From Balanoglossus misakiensis (Eukaryota; Animalia; Hemichordata): a stretch of DNA of 64,000 nucleotides. The position numbers were made by a program, and so were the translations under genes. How positions within the stretch are numbered: position 1 is the first letter of the stretch; every line of letters starts with the position of its first letter. Positions 63,664-64,000 of the stretch are shown here, in pieces. The notes under the pieces are model-generated. The model was given only the letters and a program-made list of their open reading frames with translations, was not told the origin of the DNA and ran no database searches. Location of the stretch: assembly GCA_040954595.2 (NCBI GenBank), contig CM082577.2:4154305-4218304 (forward strand), written 5' to 3'.

Positions 63664-64000
63664 TCATATCACTCCTGCATTCTTTGCCAAACTGTAAAAT
63701 ACTCCACGATCTTCAAGTAATTTTTCAGGGGAGTCAAACTCCACAACATTTCCTTTCTCTAGCACCAATATCCTGAAAAAAGTCAGAAGTAAAATGACAA
63801 AATTATGACAACCAGTCTATGACGTTTTTTAAAATCTGTTATGGAGAAGACAAGGTCTTGATATTCAGATATCTGATAAAATGCATGTGGCATGTACCAG
63901 GGTAAATGCACATCAAATATTCGAAATAGGAGACAGACCAGAGTCTTACCTGGTGCTATCCATGATGGTGTTCAGTCTGTGAGCAATAGTCAACACTGTG
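63664..64000 (-). CDS. C-terminal exons of an ABCC/MRP-family ABC transporter (NBD2 end), truncated by the window edge
   Basis: 63950-64000 TVLTIAHRLNTIMDSTR (H-loop) spliced to 63664-63772 ILVLEKGNVVEFDSPEKLLEDRGVFYSLAKNAGVI*. Confidence 0.92.

Noticed and set aside
1-64000. Prokaryotic systems (CRISPR, operons), rRNA or tRNA genes
   Set aside because: The window is spliced eukaryotic DNA; no repeat-spacer array, rRNA or intact tRNA was seen.

Overview
Intron-rich invertebrate metazoan DNA (AT-rich, GT-AG introns); the organism cannot be fixed from sequence alone, although the myosin motor has a few deuterostome-leaning residues. Gene order: a 5'-truncated striated-type myosin II heavy chain (+, 393-29209), COX6B (+), KATNIP/KIAA0556 (-), TSEN54 (+, head-to-head with KATNIP), beta-mannosidase MANBA (+), and the last two exons of an ABCC/MRP transporter (-). 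The most interesting structure is hidden in the long myosin introns. (i) An internal muscle-type promoter and a 73-codon first exon splice in frame onto [14 protein letters not shown], predicting a headless catchin/myorod- or paramyosin-like rod protein. (ii) Two mutually exclusive actin-binding loop-2 exons are present. (iii) There are three alternative C-terminal tailpieces. Also notable: a tandem-duplicated, mutually exclusive 98-nt exon pair in MANBA, a 1.27-kb foldback transposon with about 530-bp arms in a KATNIP intron, two consecutive U12 introns in KATNIP, and a family of tiny TTAA-flanked piggyBac-like MITEs. All exon models are read by eye and are not confirmed by transcripts.
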